Positions 21,369-31,800 of a stretch of DNA of 64,000 bases are shown in pieces. The DNA lies in assembly GCA_963798845.1 (NCBI GenBank), contig CAWCUS010000006.1:800001-864000 (forward strand), read 5' to 3'. The position numbers and the translations under genes were made by a program. Below the pieces are notes generated by a model. The model did no database searches. It saw only the letters and a list, made by a program, of their open reading frames with translations, and was not told where the DNA came from. Numbering within the stretch: position 1 is the first letter of the stretch; the number at the start of each line of letters is the position of its first letter. Origin of the DNA: an uncultured Gemmatimonadales bacterium (GTDB taxonomy: Bacteria > Gemmatimonadota > Gemmatimonadetes > Longimicrobiales > RSA9).

Positions 21369-22322
21369 GTGATGGTGCGAGTCGGAAGTACGCCGTCGAT
21401 ATCGGTGGTGGTCCCCGTCTTCAACGAGGAGGGCAACGTCGGCCCGCTGGTGGAGGCGGTCCGTTCCGCGCTCGCGGGCGAGGATGCGTGGGAGCTGGTG
21501 CTGGTGGACGACGGCAGCAGCGACGCCACGGCGTCGCGTGCCCGGGAAGCGGCGGCGTCGGACCCGCGGGTCCGCCTGGTCCGCCTGGCGGCCAACTTCG
21601 GACAGACGCCGGCGATCCAGGCCGGCTTCGAGCACGCCCGAGGACGGGTGGTGGTGACCATGGACGGCGACCTGCAGAACGACCCGCTGGACATCCCCTC
21701 GCTGCTGGAGAAGCTCGATGAGGGCTACGACCTCGTCGCGGGCTACCGGGTGGACCGGAAGGACGCGGCCCTGAAGCGCAAGTTGCCATCGTGGGTGGCC
21801 AACAGGATCATCCGTCGGATCACGGGCGTCTCGATCCGCGACAACGGTTGCTCTCTGAAGGCGTACCGCGCCGACCTGCTCCAGCGGATGCACCTCTATT
21901 CGGACATGCACCGCTTCATCCCTGCCGTGGCCGCCGGAACGGCCGGGGCCCGGATCGCCGAGGTGCCGGTGCGGCACCATCCCCGCCTGCATGGAGCGAG
22001 CAAGTACGGGCTGACCCGCGTGGCGAAGGTCCTGGCCGATCTCCTGACCATCCTCATGGTGCGCTCCTTCCGGGAGCGCCCGCTCATGCTGTTCGGCGCC
22101 GCCGCGCTCGTCAGCATGGCTGTGGCGCTGGTCATCCTCGCGATCATGATCGTCGCCGCGTCTGGGCCTGTCGGCGTTCCCGGCTACGTGCTTCCCGGCA
22201 CCGCGCTGCTGTTCGTGTTCCTCACCACGTACCTGCTCCTGGTGGGGCTCGTCTCGGAGATCGCGGTAGCCGAGATGCGGGACGCCTCGGCCGGTGACAT
22301 CCTTCTCCGGGAGGTCGTGTGA
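21369..22322 (+). CDS. GT2 glycosyltransferase, ArnC/GtrB/DPM-synthase-like
   Basis: SVVVPVFNEE, VDDGSSD, NFGQ, TMDGDLQNDP, two C-terminal TM. Confidence 0.92.
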   Translation: MMVRVGSTPSISVVVPVFNEEGNVGPLVEAVRSALAGEDAWELVLVDDGSSDATASRAREAAASDPRVRLVRLAANFGQTPAIQAGFEHARGRVVVTMDGDLQNDPLDIPSLLEKLDEGYDLVAGYRVDRKDAALKRKLPSWVANRIIRRITGVSIRDNGCSLKAYRADLLQRMHLYSDMHRFIPAVAAGTAGARIAEVPVRHHPRLHGASKYGLTRVAKVLADLLTILMVRSFRERPLMLFGAAALVSMAVALVILAIMIVAASGPVGVPGYVLPGTALLFVFLTTYLLLVGLVSEIAVAEMRDASAGDILLREVV

Positions 22323-23311
22323 CCACGTTCGCGGCGGCCCCGGAGGCTTCGACCAGCGGGCCGGGCGCGGCTCCGGGGCAGGTGACCGTGGCCGTGGTGG
22401 TGGCCATCTCCGAGCGCCCCCAGCGGCTGGAGGCGCTCTATGATGGCGCGCGCCATGCCTTCGAGGGCAGGGCGTGGAACGTGGAGTTCGTCCTCGTCGG
22501 CGAGCCGTGGGCGCGGGATCTCCTGGAACCGTTGCGGGAACAACGGGATGCGGGCGAGCCGTTGCGGCTCTTCCTGGCCGGACAGGCGGTGGGGGAGACC
22601 GCGCTCGTCCGCGCCGGCGCCACCCTGGTCAACGCCGACGTCGTGGTGATCATGCCCGCCTACCATCGGGTGGCGCTGTCGGTCCTGCCGGAGCTCGTGC
22701 AGCGGGTCCTCGACGGGGCCGACATGGCGGTTGCGCGGCGCTGGCCGCGCCACGACAGCTTTGCAAACCGCCTCCAGACACGCGGGTTCCACGCGCTGCT
22801 GCGTGGCCTCACCGGCTCGAGTCTCTCCGACGTCGCCTCCGGGGTTCGGGCGATGCGGCCCGCGCTCCTGGAAGAGGTTCCGATGTACGGCGACTTCGGC
22901 CGGTTCCTCCCCGTGCTGGCGCAGCGTAGCGGCTACAGGGTCGTGGAAGTGGATGCCGAGCAGCACGAGCTCGATCGGCCCACGCGCGTCCACTCGCCAG
23001 GCGTCTACCTGCGCCGGCTGCTGGACGTGCTTGGCCTCTTCTTCCTGACGCGGTTCACCGAAAAGCCGCTCCGCTTCTTCGGTCTCCTCGGGAGCTCCGC
23101 GTCCGGGGCCGGGTTCGCCGTGCTTCTCGTCCTGCTCTTCCAGAAGGTCCTGGGCAAGGGCATCGCCGACCGCCCCATGCTCCTCCTCGGCGTCCTGCTG
23201 GTGGTCGTCGGGATCCAGGCGGTGGCGCTCGGGCTCGTGGGCGAGATCATCGTCCATCTGCACGCGGGACGGCACAAGCCCTACCGCGTCTGGGATCTCG
23301 ACGCCGATTGA
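22319..23311 (+). CDS. ArnC-like GT2 paralogue with degenerate catalytic motifs
   Basis: Same architecture (GADMAVARR, LSDVASG, YGDFGRFLPVLA, KPLRFFG, GLVGEII) but VDDG replaced by VGEP and DGD by PAY. Confidence 0.8.
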   Translation: MTTFAAAPEASTSGPGAAPGQVTVAVVVAISERPQRLEALYDGARHAFEGRAWNVEFVLVGEPWARDLLEPLREQRDAGEPLRLFLAGQAVGETALVRAGATLVNADVVVIMPAYHRVALSVLPELVQRVLDGADMAVARRWPRHDSFANRLQTRGFHALLRGLTGSSLSDVASGVRAMRPALLEEVPMYGDFGRFLPVLAQRSGYRVVEVDAEQHELDRPTRVHSPGVYLRRLLDVLGLFFLTRFTEKPLRFFGLLGSSASGAGFAVLLVLLFQKVLGKGIADRPMLLLGVLLVVVGIQAVALGLVGEIIVHLHAGRHKPYRVWDLDAD

Positions 23312-23409
23312 TGGGCCCTCGTCGGCGTGCCGCCTCCCGAAGAAGCGTGAGGGCGTCCCCGAGGAACGCTCGGCCCCCGGAGCTCGGCCCCGGAGGGCCG
23401 CGCGAGCCC

Positions 23410-24307
23410 GTGGTGATCCGGAGTGCGGGAAAGGCGGTGGCGGAGTTCCTGCTCACGGCCGGTGGTGCGGCTGCGCTGGGCCGCCACCGGGTGAGGGATC
23501 GGGTCGCCGATACTGGCCTATCACAACGTCGTACGCGACCACGAATCCGGGAGAGGGGACGCGAGTCTTCACCTCCCGTTGTCGGGATTCCTGGCGCAGC
23601 TGGCGGCGCTCCGCCGCACGCACGACATCGTGCCGCTGGAGGCTGCCCTGGCGCCGAGGACCGAGCCGAAGCCCCGCGCGGTGATCACTTTCGACGACGC
23701 GTACCGCGGCGCCGTGACGCTGGCACTGCCGGTCCTCGCGCGTGAACATGTGCCCGCGACCGTCTTCGTGTCGCCGGGCCTGCTCGGGGACGAGAGTGTC
23801 TGGTGGGATGAGCTGGCCGAGGCGGGTCGCCTCACGGAGCAGAACCGGACGGAAGCAATGTTCGAACACCATGGGCGGGCTGCGGAAGTGCGGGCCTCGG
23901 CGCTCGGTGGCGCGCGTCGCCCGGCGCTCCCCCGGTCCTACGGAGTTTCCACCATGGAAGAGCTGTCGGAGCAGACTACCGAAGGCATCGCCGTGGCGGC
24001 GCACGGCTGGGACCACGCGTGCCTCCCATCGCTCGACGCCGAAGCCCTGCGGACCGACCTGGCCGACACGCTCGCCTGGGTGCGAGGGTATCCGGGCGGG
24101 TCGGTGCCGTGGCTGGCGCTGCCCTACGGTGAGGGGAGCCCGACCGTGTCCGCACTTGCCCTCGATCTGGGGTACGAAGGGGTGCTCGAAATCCGCGGCG
24201 GCCTCTGGAATCCTGGTGCAGCGCGGTCGTCCGTCCCGCGCGTGAACGTGCCGGCAGGGCTGTCCAGACGCGGCCTGGCGCTCCGCACGAGCGGACTCCG
24301 TTCCTGA
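23410..24307 (+). CDS. Polysaccharide deacetylase (NodB/CE4), frameshift near 23508
   Basis: ILAYHNV, ITFDDAY, PATVFV, AHGWDH, LPYG; N-terminus lies in the frame of ORF 23308. Confidence 0.8.
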
Positions 24308-24374
24308 GAGGCGAGCGTTGAGGCCCGGCATCGGACGCCGGGAAGCACGCACACCGGGGGCGCTGCACAGACGC

Positions 24375-25570
24375 GTGACGAACGTGCTCCACTTGATCGA
24401 CACCGCCGGCCCCGGCGGGGCCGAGACCATATTCGTGGACCTCGTTCTGGGACTTCCCCGCGAGCGCTACCGACCGATGCCGGTCCTGCACAAAGCGCGG
24501 CTGGCTTCTGGATCGCCTCCGCTCCGCGGATGTCGAGCCGATTGCTGTTTCCAGGGTGCGGAAACGGGTCGCGTCCGCTACATGGCCGCCTGGTGAGAGC
24601 GATCCGACGGTCCGGCGCGGACCTGGTCCACGCTCATCTGCTCGGGTCGGCCGTGTACGGGTCGGTCGCCGCCCGACTCGCCGGGGTCCCGGCGGTCTGC
24701 ACCTTTCACGGCCACGCCGACCTGCCCGCACGGAGATGCCTTCCGCGCCGCGCGCATCGCCCTGCTGAAGCAACGGCGCCCGGCTGGTGTTCGTTTCGGA
24801 GTCGCTGCGCCGGTTCTTCCTCGGAGTCTACGGCGATCGCCGCCGCGGCAACGGAGGTGATCCCGAACGGCGTGAGGCTCGATCGGTTCGAAGGCAGGGC
24901 CCGAGAGGGCGCTGCGCCGGGACCTCGGCCTCCCCGAGGGGACGCTCCTGTTCGGGTCCCTCGGGAATGTCCGCGGTCCGAAAGGTTACGAGTATCTCCT
25001 GCGCGCCGCTGCGCTGCTGCCGGACACCCTGCCACGGTGGCACGTCGCGATCGTCGGCGACACCTCGGGCTCGGTGTTCCCGTCGCTGGACGCGCTGCGT
25101 CGGGAGCTGGGGCTCGAGGATCGGGTCTCTTTCGTCGGCTTCCGCGAGGATGTCCCGGAAGTCCTCGCCAGCTTCGATGTGTTCGTCCTTCCCTCGCTGT
25201 CCGAGGGCTTCTCCCTCGCCACCGTCCAGGCACTCGCCGCCGGACGGCCGGTCGTGGCCACCCGCAGCGGCGGTCCCGAAGAGATGATCGAGGACCTCAT
25301 TTCCGGGCTGCTGGTGGACGCCCGGTGACGCCGCGGCGCTCGCCCGTGCCCTCGAGCGGTTGATCCAGGGAGCCGGAGCTCGGGAACGACTCTCGCCGTC
25401 GCCGGTAGGGCGGCGGTGCGGGACAGGTTCTCCATGGAGTCGATGATCGGCGCCTACACCGAGCTGTACGGCAGGACCCTTCGCGGGCCGCGGCATCCAG
25501 CCCAGGGCACAGCCAAGAACCAGACCGCCTCGCCGCCGGATCGGCGAGAGGTCTACGATCCTTCTGAGTC
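24375..25570 (+). CDS. GT4 glycosyltransferase fragmented by several frameshifts (end approximate)
   Basis: VLHLIDTAGPGGAE, DLVHAH, VIPNGV, KGYEYLLRA, GFREDV, PSLSEGF...ALAAGRPVVATRSGG, FSMESMI spread over three frames. Confidence 0.75.
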
Positions 25571-25574
25571 ACGC

Positions 25575-26550
25575 ATGGCAAAACCACACGTCTATTTCGA
25601 CATGCAGTTCGTAGCACCCGACCGCTCTTCGCAGCTCGGCGGGCCGAAGGTGGTCGTGCAGCACGCGGAGATCCTCAACGCTCACGGGATCCCCGCTTCC
25701 ATCACCTTCCAGCGACGCCGTCCGTGGACCCGCTCACGCGACCCGCTCTTCATCCCGAGCGGCGACCTCGCGCGCCGTGTCGGGCCGGACGATCTCGTCG
25801 TGATCCCCGGGCGCCTGGCGGCGAAAGTGGGGTCGGCTCCCGGGTCGCAACAAGGTCATGCTGACCCAGCTCGCCCAGGATACCCTTGCCACGTTCCCGC
25901 CCGACTTCAAGGGGCCGTATCCGTGGCACCAGGAGAGCTTGAGGGCGATCCTTGCGGTCTCGGATCACAACGCCGATCTCATGCGTCTGGCGCAGCCCCA
26001 GTGCCCGGTGCTGGTGACGTACAACCGCATCGAGCTGGACGAGTTCCCGTTCCGCCCATGGAGCGAGAAGCGCGATGTGGTGGTGCTGAACTGGCTGAAG
26101 AGGGAGCGCAAGAACCCTCGCCACATGCGCATGGTCCTCAACCTGCTGCGCTCACGCGCAGAGCGGGCGACCGGCCCATTCGCGGGGTTCCAGGTCCAGG
26201 TCATACAGGGGGTCCCCGACTCCGTGGTCCGGGCCACGCTCAAGGAGGCCAAGCTCCTGCTCTTCCTGAGCAACGACGAGGGGCTCGGGCTTCTGGCGCT
26301 GGAGGCGATCGCCTCCGGCGTGGTCGTGCTCGGCTACGATATCGGGCCCATGGACGAGTTCCTCCCCGCCGCCTACCGACGTCCCTGGGGCGACATCGAA
26401 GGGCTGCTGGAGGTCGCCGAATCCGTGGCGGACCCGTCCCGGAAGGAGGAGTGGAGCGCCAGGACCGTGGAGGCGAGGAAGACGGCGGAGAAGTACTCGC
26501 AGGACCGGCAGGTGGAGTCGGTGCTGTCCGCGTACGGCCAACTCCTCTAA
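25575..26550 (+). CDS. GT-B (GT4-like) glycosyltransferase, frameshift near 25845
   Basis: GGPKVVVQHAEILN in one frame; AVSDHN...EGLGLLALEAIASG in ORF 25858-26550. Confidence 0.72.
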
Positions 26551-26569
26551 TGAGGGAGGAGGGAGTCGG

Positions 26570-28306
26570 GTGACTGAATCGACGGTGTCCCGGACCGCCA
26601 TGCCGAGCCATCGCAACGGGGGGGCGCGATCAGGGCGGCGGTCGTCCGCCATCTGGTGGTCGGTCCAGGGGCTGGCCATCGTCCTGCTCGTGGCCTGGCG
26701 AGGCGTGAGCCTCGGCTCGGACCCGCGGGCGGACTTCATTCCCCAGGATGTCGGATACCACATCGACGAAGGGTACAAGACCCTCAGCCCGAGGAACCTT
26801 GCCCTTTTCCATACCACGCACTGGAACAAGGCTGACGAGTACACCGGCTGGATGCGGCGGAGTCCTCTCACCCAGTGGCCCGACTACCTGAGCTTCAGGG
26901 CCTTCGGCGTCGAGCGGGGAAGCGCACGCGTGGTGACCATCCTTTTCTTCGCCGCGTTCCTGGTAGGCGCCGCAGTGTTCCTGAACCGCCGCGGTCCGCC
27001 GGCCGTGGCGCTCGCCGGCATCCTGCTTCTCGGCCTGGACATGGGGCTGTTCCACTTCTCGAGGGTCGCGATCTTCGAGGTCCCGCTCGCCGCCCTCCTG
27101 TACATCGGCGTGTTCGTCGCGAGCTCCCTGCCGAAGGAAGGGCCGGCTTCCCTGGCCGCGCTGGGCGCCACGGCGATCGTCTGCGCCTTCGGGATCAAGA
27201 AGTCGGCGTTGCTGTATCTGGCGCCACCCATCGGCATCCTGCTGCTGACCCAGGTCCTGGGCGCCGGCGCCGGCGCTCGCGCCCGGAAGGTGGTGGTCGC
27301 GGTCGCGATTCCGGTCGGGCTGATACTGCTGTTCCTGACGAGGGACATCTGGCAGAGCCGGGTCGACGTCAGCGGCGCGATCGAGTCGCCGTCGGGGCTG
27401 CTCTTCAATCCGCTCTACCTGCTGTCGCCGCTGGCGATATCGCTGGCCTACCTCGCTGCACTGGACATCTATTTCCGAATCGGGTGGGCGGAGATCCGGG
27501 AGAACCGCTACCTCCTGACCCTCCTCTCCATGGCCTTCCTCTCGCCTCTGCTTCTGGCGCTGTTCCGCTACAACCCGCCGAGGTACTACCTCGCCGTGGT
27601 GCCGGCCGCGCTCCTGGTGGTCGTCGAATGGCTCCGCTTGTACCCGTCGCGCCTACGCCGCCAGGATTACCACCTTTCACCGCTCCGCCTCGCGGTGGGC
27701 GCCGTCCTCCTCCTGCCGCTCACGGCTTCGCTCTTCGGCTTCGTCGGAAGCCACCTGATCCCCGTGCTCCCCTTCGTTCCGCAGGGAGAGGACCCCGGGA
27801 TCGACTACTCGACGCTGATCGAGTTCTATCCTGTGGTGCTCCTCGCCGCCGTGGTGACCGCGGGAATCCTCGCGCGGGGCCAGTGGCTCAGGCCAGCCGT
27901 GGTGGCCGGCATCGCCGCAGGGATCGCGCTCCAGGTCACCTTCTCCGCCAGCTCGGATTTCCGCGCGACGCGGCGGCCCGCCTACGCCACGGTAGCCGTC
28001 CAGGAGCGGCTCGCGTCGATGGTCGCGGAGGGCGAGTCCGTCGGGGGCGACTGGGCGCCTTATTTCGCTCTCGGGACGACGGTCCCGGCGCTGTTCGTGA
28101 GCAAGGAGCTGAACACCGACAACGTGGCCAGGATCCGGCCCACGTTCTTCCTGGACAGCCAGACAGTCTGGGACGACAAGACGCTCGCCATGCTGCAGGC
28201 TGATCCGGCGATCGACGTTGGCGAGCCGGTACCTCTCGGCACGGTTTTCGGCAGGGAGATCGAGCTGCGCCGCCTGTCGTACGGCGCGACCGGGGGTCCC
28301 GACTGA
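26570..28306 (+). CDS. Polytopic GT-C fold glycosyltransferase (ArnT/PMT-like)
   Basis: About 12 TM; first-loop IDEG motif, PLTQW...FGV...AR, PPRYYL. Confidence 0.65.
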   Translation: MTESTVSRTAMPSHRNGGARSGRRSSAIWWSVQGLAIVLLVAWRGVSLGSDPRADFIPQDVGYHIDEGYKTLSPRNLALFHTTHWNKADEYTGWMRRSPLTQWPDYLSFRAFGVERGSARVVTILFFAAFLVGAAVFLNRRGPPAVALAGILLLGLDMGLFHFSRVAIFEVPLAALLYIGVFVASSLPKEGPASLAALGATAIVCAFGIKKSALLYLAPPIGILLLTQVLGAGAGARARKVVVAVAIPVGLILLFLTRDIWQSRVDVSGAIESPSGLLFNPLYLLSPLAISLAYLAALDIYFRIGWAEIRENRYLLTLLSMAFLSPLLLALFRYNPPRYYLAVVPAALLVVVEWLRLYPSRLRRQDYHLSPLRLAVGAVLLLPLTASLFGFVGSHLIPVLPFVPQGEDPGIDYSTLIEFYPVVLLAAVVTAGILARGQWLRPAVVAGIAAGIALQVTFSASSDFRATRRPAYATVAVQERLASMVAEGESVGGDWAPYFALGTTVPALFVSKELNTDNVARIRPTFFLDSQTVWDDKTLAMLQADPAIDVGEPVPLGTVFGREIELRRLSYGATGGPD

Positions 28307-28442
28307 CCCCGCCATGCGGCCTCCCGGCGTGGCACGACCGGGTGCGGGACCGCCTTTCAGCCGCCGGGCGCGGCCTCTACCGGCTGGTACGGGACCCGGT
28401 TAGCTTGAACGATTACGACCCGAATATGACGCTGCGTCGCAC

Positions 28443-29744
28443 ATGAGTTCCACCACGTATCCGATCGGCCCCCAGCCGGTTCCCGCCGTCTATCGCGTGA
28501 ACGTTCGGGCCATATGGCGCTACCTGCTCACGCAGCCGGCGTCGTTCTGGCTCGTGAACTTCTATCTCTTCCTCGAGTACGTCAGGCCCCAGGCAGTCTG
28601 GCCGGTACTGAACATCCTGCCGTGGGCGCAGACCACGCTGATCCTGACCGTCATGGCGCTTCTGCTCGAAGGGAAGATCCCGAGGTTCAAGACGTCGGCG
28701 GGCGGGTTCCTCCTCTTCTTTTCTCTGGTCGTCGTGGCCTCATCGATCACCGCCTACAGTCCGCCGGCGGCCTACAGCGGCTGGGTGCTGTACTTCTCGT
28801 GGGTGCTGATCTACCTGCTGATCACGAACATCATGGTGTCGGAGACGCGGTTCTTCATATTCATGCTCGCGTTTCTGCTGTACTCGTTCAAGATGTCCCA
28901 GCATGGCGTGCAGACCTTCATCGTTCACGGCGGGAGGTTCGTGGATTGGGGGGCGACCGGGGCGCCGGGCTGGTTCCAGAACTCGGGCGAATTCGGGGTC
29001 CAGATGTGCGTGTTCCTGCCCCTGGTGACCGAGTTCACACTGGCTTTCCGCAAACACTGGGCGAAGTGGACGCGCTGGTTTTTCTATGCAGTGCCAGTCA
29101 CGGCCCTGATCAGCATCGTGGCGACCTCCTCTCGCGGCGCCATGGTGGGAGCCGCGGCCGTCGGCATCTGGTGGGTGGCCAGGTCCAAGCACCGCGTTCG
29201 TGGTCTGTTGGCCATTGCAGTATTGGCTGCCATCACCTGGGCAGTGGTGCCGGAAGGGTCCAAAGAGCGGTTCGCGACAGCCGGAGAGGACAATTCGTCG
29301 GTTACGCGCATGGATCGGTGGGAGGACGGTCTCGAGCTGGCTCGCCAGTATCCGGTCCTCGGCATCGGATACAACAACTGGTACACGTATTTCAACGGTC
29401 ATCTCTCGCACAACATCTTCATTCAGGCGGTCTCGGAGCTCGGCTACACTGGCCTGCTCGCTTTTCTGGCGCTGATCGGCGTGACCTTCTGGACGAATCG
29501 TCGGACTCGTCGATTATTGAAGGACCTGCCCGCGACCACCTCATTCATGAGCCACATGGCATGGGGACTGGATGGGGCGTTGATCGGGTACATCGGCAGT
29601 GGCTTCTTCGTGACGGTGCTGTACTACCCCTACTTCTGGATCAATCTCGCCATGACGGTCTCTCTACATCTGGCAGCCAAGCGGGAGCGACGTCGGTTGA
29701 TGCACGCAGCTGCCATGGTGACGGCGGTCACTGCCGAGACATGA
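28443..29744 (+). CDS. O-antigen ligase/Wzy-like protein (putative exosortase-associated O-glycosylation ligase)
   Basis: FLEYVRPQ, NSGEFG, TSSRGA, R...W, PVLGIG, SHNIFIQAVSELGYTG. Confidence 0.85.
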   Translation: MSSTTYPIGPQPVPAVYRVNVRAIWRYLLTQPASFWLVNFYLFLEYVRPQAVWPVLNILPWAQTTLILTVMALLLEGKIPRFKTSAGGFLLFFSLVVVASSITAYSPPAAYSGWVLYFSWVLIYLLITNIMVSETRFFIFMLAFLLYSFKMSQHGVQTFIVHGGRFVDWGATGAPGWFQNSGEFGVQMCVFLPLVTEFTLAFRKHWAKWTRWFFYAVPVTALISIVATSSRGAMVGAAAVGIWWVARSKHRVRGLLAIAVLAAITWAVVPEGSKERFATAGEDNSSVTRMDRWEDGLELARQYPVLGIGYNNWYTYFNGHLSHNIFIQAVSELGYTGLLAFLALIGVTFWTNRRTRRLLKDLPATTSFMSHMAWGLDGALIGYIGSGFFVTVLYYPYFWINLAMTVSLHLAAKRERRRLMHAAAMVTAVTAET

Positions 29745-30948
29745 CCAGTTCATAAACGGTCTGCACCTCATCGGCGTATCGCTCGGCCGAGTAGTGCTCC
29801 CTGGCGCGGGCTGCGGCTCGCCTTCCGAACTCCGCTCTCCGTGACGGGTTCAGCAGAAAGCCTCCAATGGCCTCTGCCAGTGCTTCGGTGTCCGTGGGAT
29901 CCACCAAGAGTCCCGTCGCGCCGGGATCGATGATCTCCGTCGGCCCCCCCGTATTGGCCGCGACTACGGCCGCGCCGGCCGCCATCCCCTCGATGACCGT
30001 CATCCCGAAGGGCTCCGGGATGAGGGAGGCGTGTACCACCACGTCGCACAGCCGCATCAGCGACGGAACGTCCTCCCGGTAGCCGGTGAATATGACGCGC
30101 TCTTCGATGTTCAGGTCGCGCGTCAGCTGGACGAGCCCTTCAAAATACGCTTCCGACCCGTCCGAACGGTCTCCGACGACGAGGGCCACAGCGCCCGCGT
30201 CACGCTCCAGAACGCGCGCCGCCGCGAGTACGAACTCGCGTATCCCCTTCCACCGTATGATCCGGCCGAATATGCCGAAAACCGGCGAGTCGGCGGGGAT
30301 CCCGAGTCCGGCCCGGAGGCGGAGCTGTTCGCCGGGGTCGACGGGGTCCGTAAAGGATTTCAAATCCAGCGCGTCGTGGACCGTATGGACCCGCTCCGCC
30401 GCAACGCCTGCCTTCAGCAGTCGGGAGGACATCACGCCGGAGACGGAGATCCAGCGGTCCACCCATCGCGCGTAGCGCGCTGCGTTTCCGGACGTCCGTT
30501 CCGCCGCTCGGTAGTGACCGACGACCGGCACGCGGAGGAGCTTCCCGGCGAGAAGACCGGGAAGATGTCCCGTGACTCCGTTGTTGAGGTGAACGAGCTG
30601 CACGCGCCTGCGTCGCGCGAAGCGCGCGATGCGGATCATTGCCGGGAGATCCACGAAAAGGAGCCACCAGGCCGCGTAACCCTTCCTCATGGTGCGATTG
30701 AGCCAGGTGGGCTTCAGGGCTTTCAGGCGTTTCATGCCCCGGCCATGCGCCCAGATCACCCGCATCGGTTGGTGGTGCGTCTCGATTCCCGGAAACAGCC
30801 TGTGCAGTACCTCCGGCGGTTGAGCGCTCAGGACCACCGGCTCGTAGCGGTCAGAGTCTAGCGCACCCACGAGATGGGAAAGGGCATGGATCGCCCCCCC
30901 GAACGTGTAAGAGTTATCCAGGTACAGGATCCTGACTCGGTGGGGCAT
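29728..30948 (-). CDS. GT4 glycosyltransferase
   Basis: FGGA, GRIIRWKG, GYREDV, PEPFGMTVIEGMAAG. Confidence 0.9.
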   Translation of the reverse strand: MPHRVRILYLDNSYTFGGAIHALSHLVGALDSDRYEPVVLSAQPPEVLHRLFPGIETHHQPMRVIWAHGRGMKRLKALKPTWLNRTMRKGYAAWWLLFVDLPAMIRIARFARRRRVQLVHLNNGVTGHLPGLLAGKLLRVPVVGHYRAAERTSGNAARYARWVDRWISVSGVMSSRLLKAGVAAERVHTVHDALDLKSFTDPVDPGEQLRLRAGLGIPADSPVFGIFGRIIRWKGIREFVLAAARVLERDAGAVALVVGDRSDGSEAYFEGLVQLTRDLNIEERVIFTGYREDVPSLMRLCDVVVHASLIPEPFGMTVIEGMAAGAAVVAANTGGPTEIIDPGATGLLVDPTDTEALAEAIGGFLLNPSRRAEFGRRAAARAREHYSAERYADEVQTVYELVMSRQ

Positions 30949-31800
30949 CTACTGCATCAGCCAGACATCGCTGAGCCCGGGTCGGTACCGATCCATCTCC
31001 CGAATCTGGTCTGCGTAGCTGGACGTCAGAAACGCGCGGATCGCATCGGGCATGGGCCTGCGGGCGGGATCGCGGTTGGACCGAGTACGCAGCCGACGCA
31101 CATCGATGGGTACTTCGTGCCCGAGAAAGCACATCATACTCTCGAGGAATTTCTCGGGGTCGGAAACCAGATCATCATACAGGAAGACCCGGAAATTGTC
31201 GCCGAAGTGGCCCTGCCAGAGGGCGATCATGCGCGGGTAATCGCTCCTCAAACGATTGCTTGCCGCCTCCAATTCTTCACGCAATCTCGCCGCCATGGCC
31301 TGGCCGATATCCACGCCGCGCCAGCGGTACAGCATCTTGACAGCGGACCAGATCCTATCGATCGGGTTCCGAACGATCAGGAACACCCTGCAGTCGGGCT
31401 TGAGCACTCGCCGGGCGAAGTCCACCCCTCGCTCGTCCAGCGTGCTGTACGCGGGTGTGATCTCGCCGCACAGCCGGGTCCCGGCCGGGGTGTCAGCGAA
31501 GAGCCGTCGATACCAGGACATGGAAAGCGGGTCGAAGTAGAATCTCCGCAGCCACTTCAGAGTCGCGATACTACGACGCTCGAAGGCGGGCCGGTATCTT
31601 TGCCGGATAGGCGGCACACCCATCGTTTCGATCCCGAGCAGCTCCTCGGCAGGGCACAGCCTGTTGAAGAAATGCAACTCCTTGACTGGGGGAAGCCAAT
31701 AACCCTGTTGAATCTCGAGATTGTCGTGCAGCCAGGTCGTCCCCGCCTTCTGGGCACCGATCCCGACGAAATCCGGGCCTTCGGCGCGGAATCCAGTCAT
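30949..31800 (-). CDS. PAPS-dependent sulfotransferase
   Basis: PDFVGIGAQKAGTTWL, KELHFF, GEITPAY, RNPIDRIWS. Confidence 0.9.
   Translation of the reverse strand: MTGFRAEGPDFVGIGAQKAGTTWLHDNLEIQQGYWLPPVKELHFFNRLCPAEELLGIETMGVPPIRQRYRPAFERRSIATLKWLRRFYFDPLSMSWYRRLFADTPAGTRLCGEITPAYSTLDERGVDFARRVLKPDCRVFLIVRNPIDRIWSAVKMLYRWRGVDIGQAMAARLREELEAASNRLRSDYPRMIALWQGHFGDNFRVFLYDDLVSDPEKFLESMMCFLGHEVPIDVRRLRTRSNRDPARRPMPDAIRAFLTSSYADQIREMDRYRPGLSDVWLMQ

Noticed and set aside
25416..26573. Apparent fusion of two glycosyltransferases
   Set aside because: Lies in the frameshift-rich stretch; best explained by indel artefacts.
28330..28346. TGGCACG upstream of the O-antigen-ligase-like gene
   Set aside because: GG-N11-GC spacing does not fit sigma-54 unless there is an indel.
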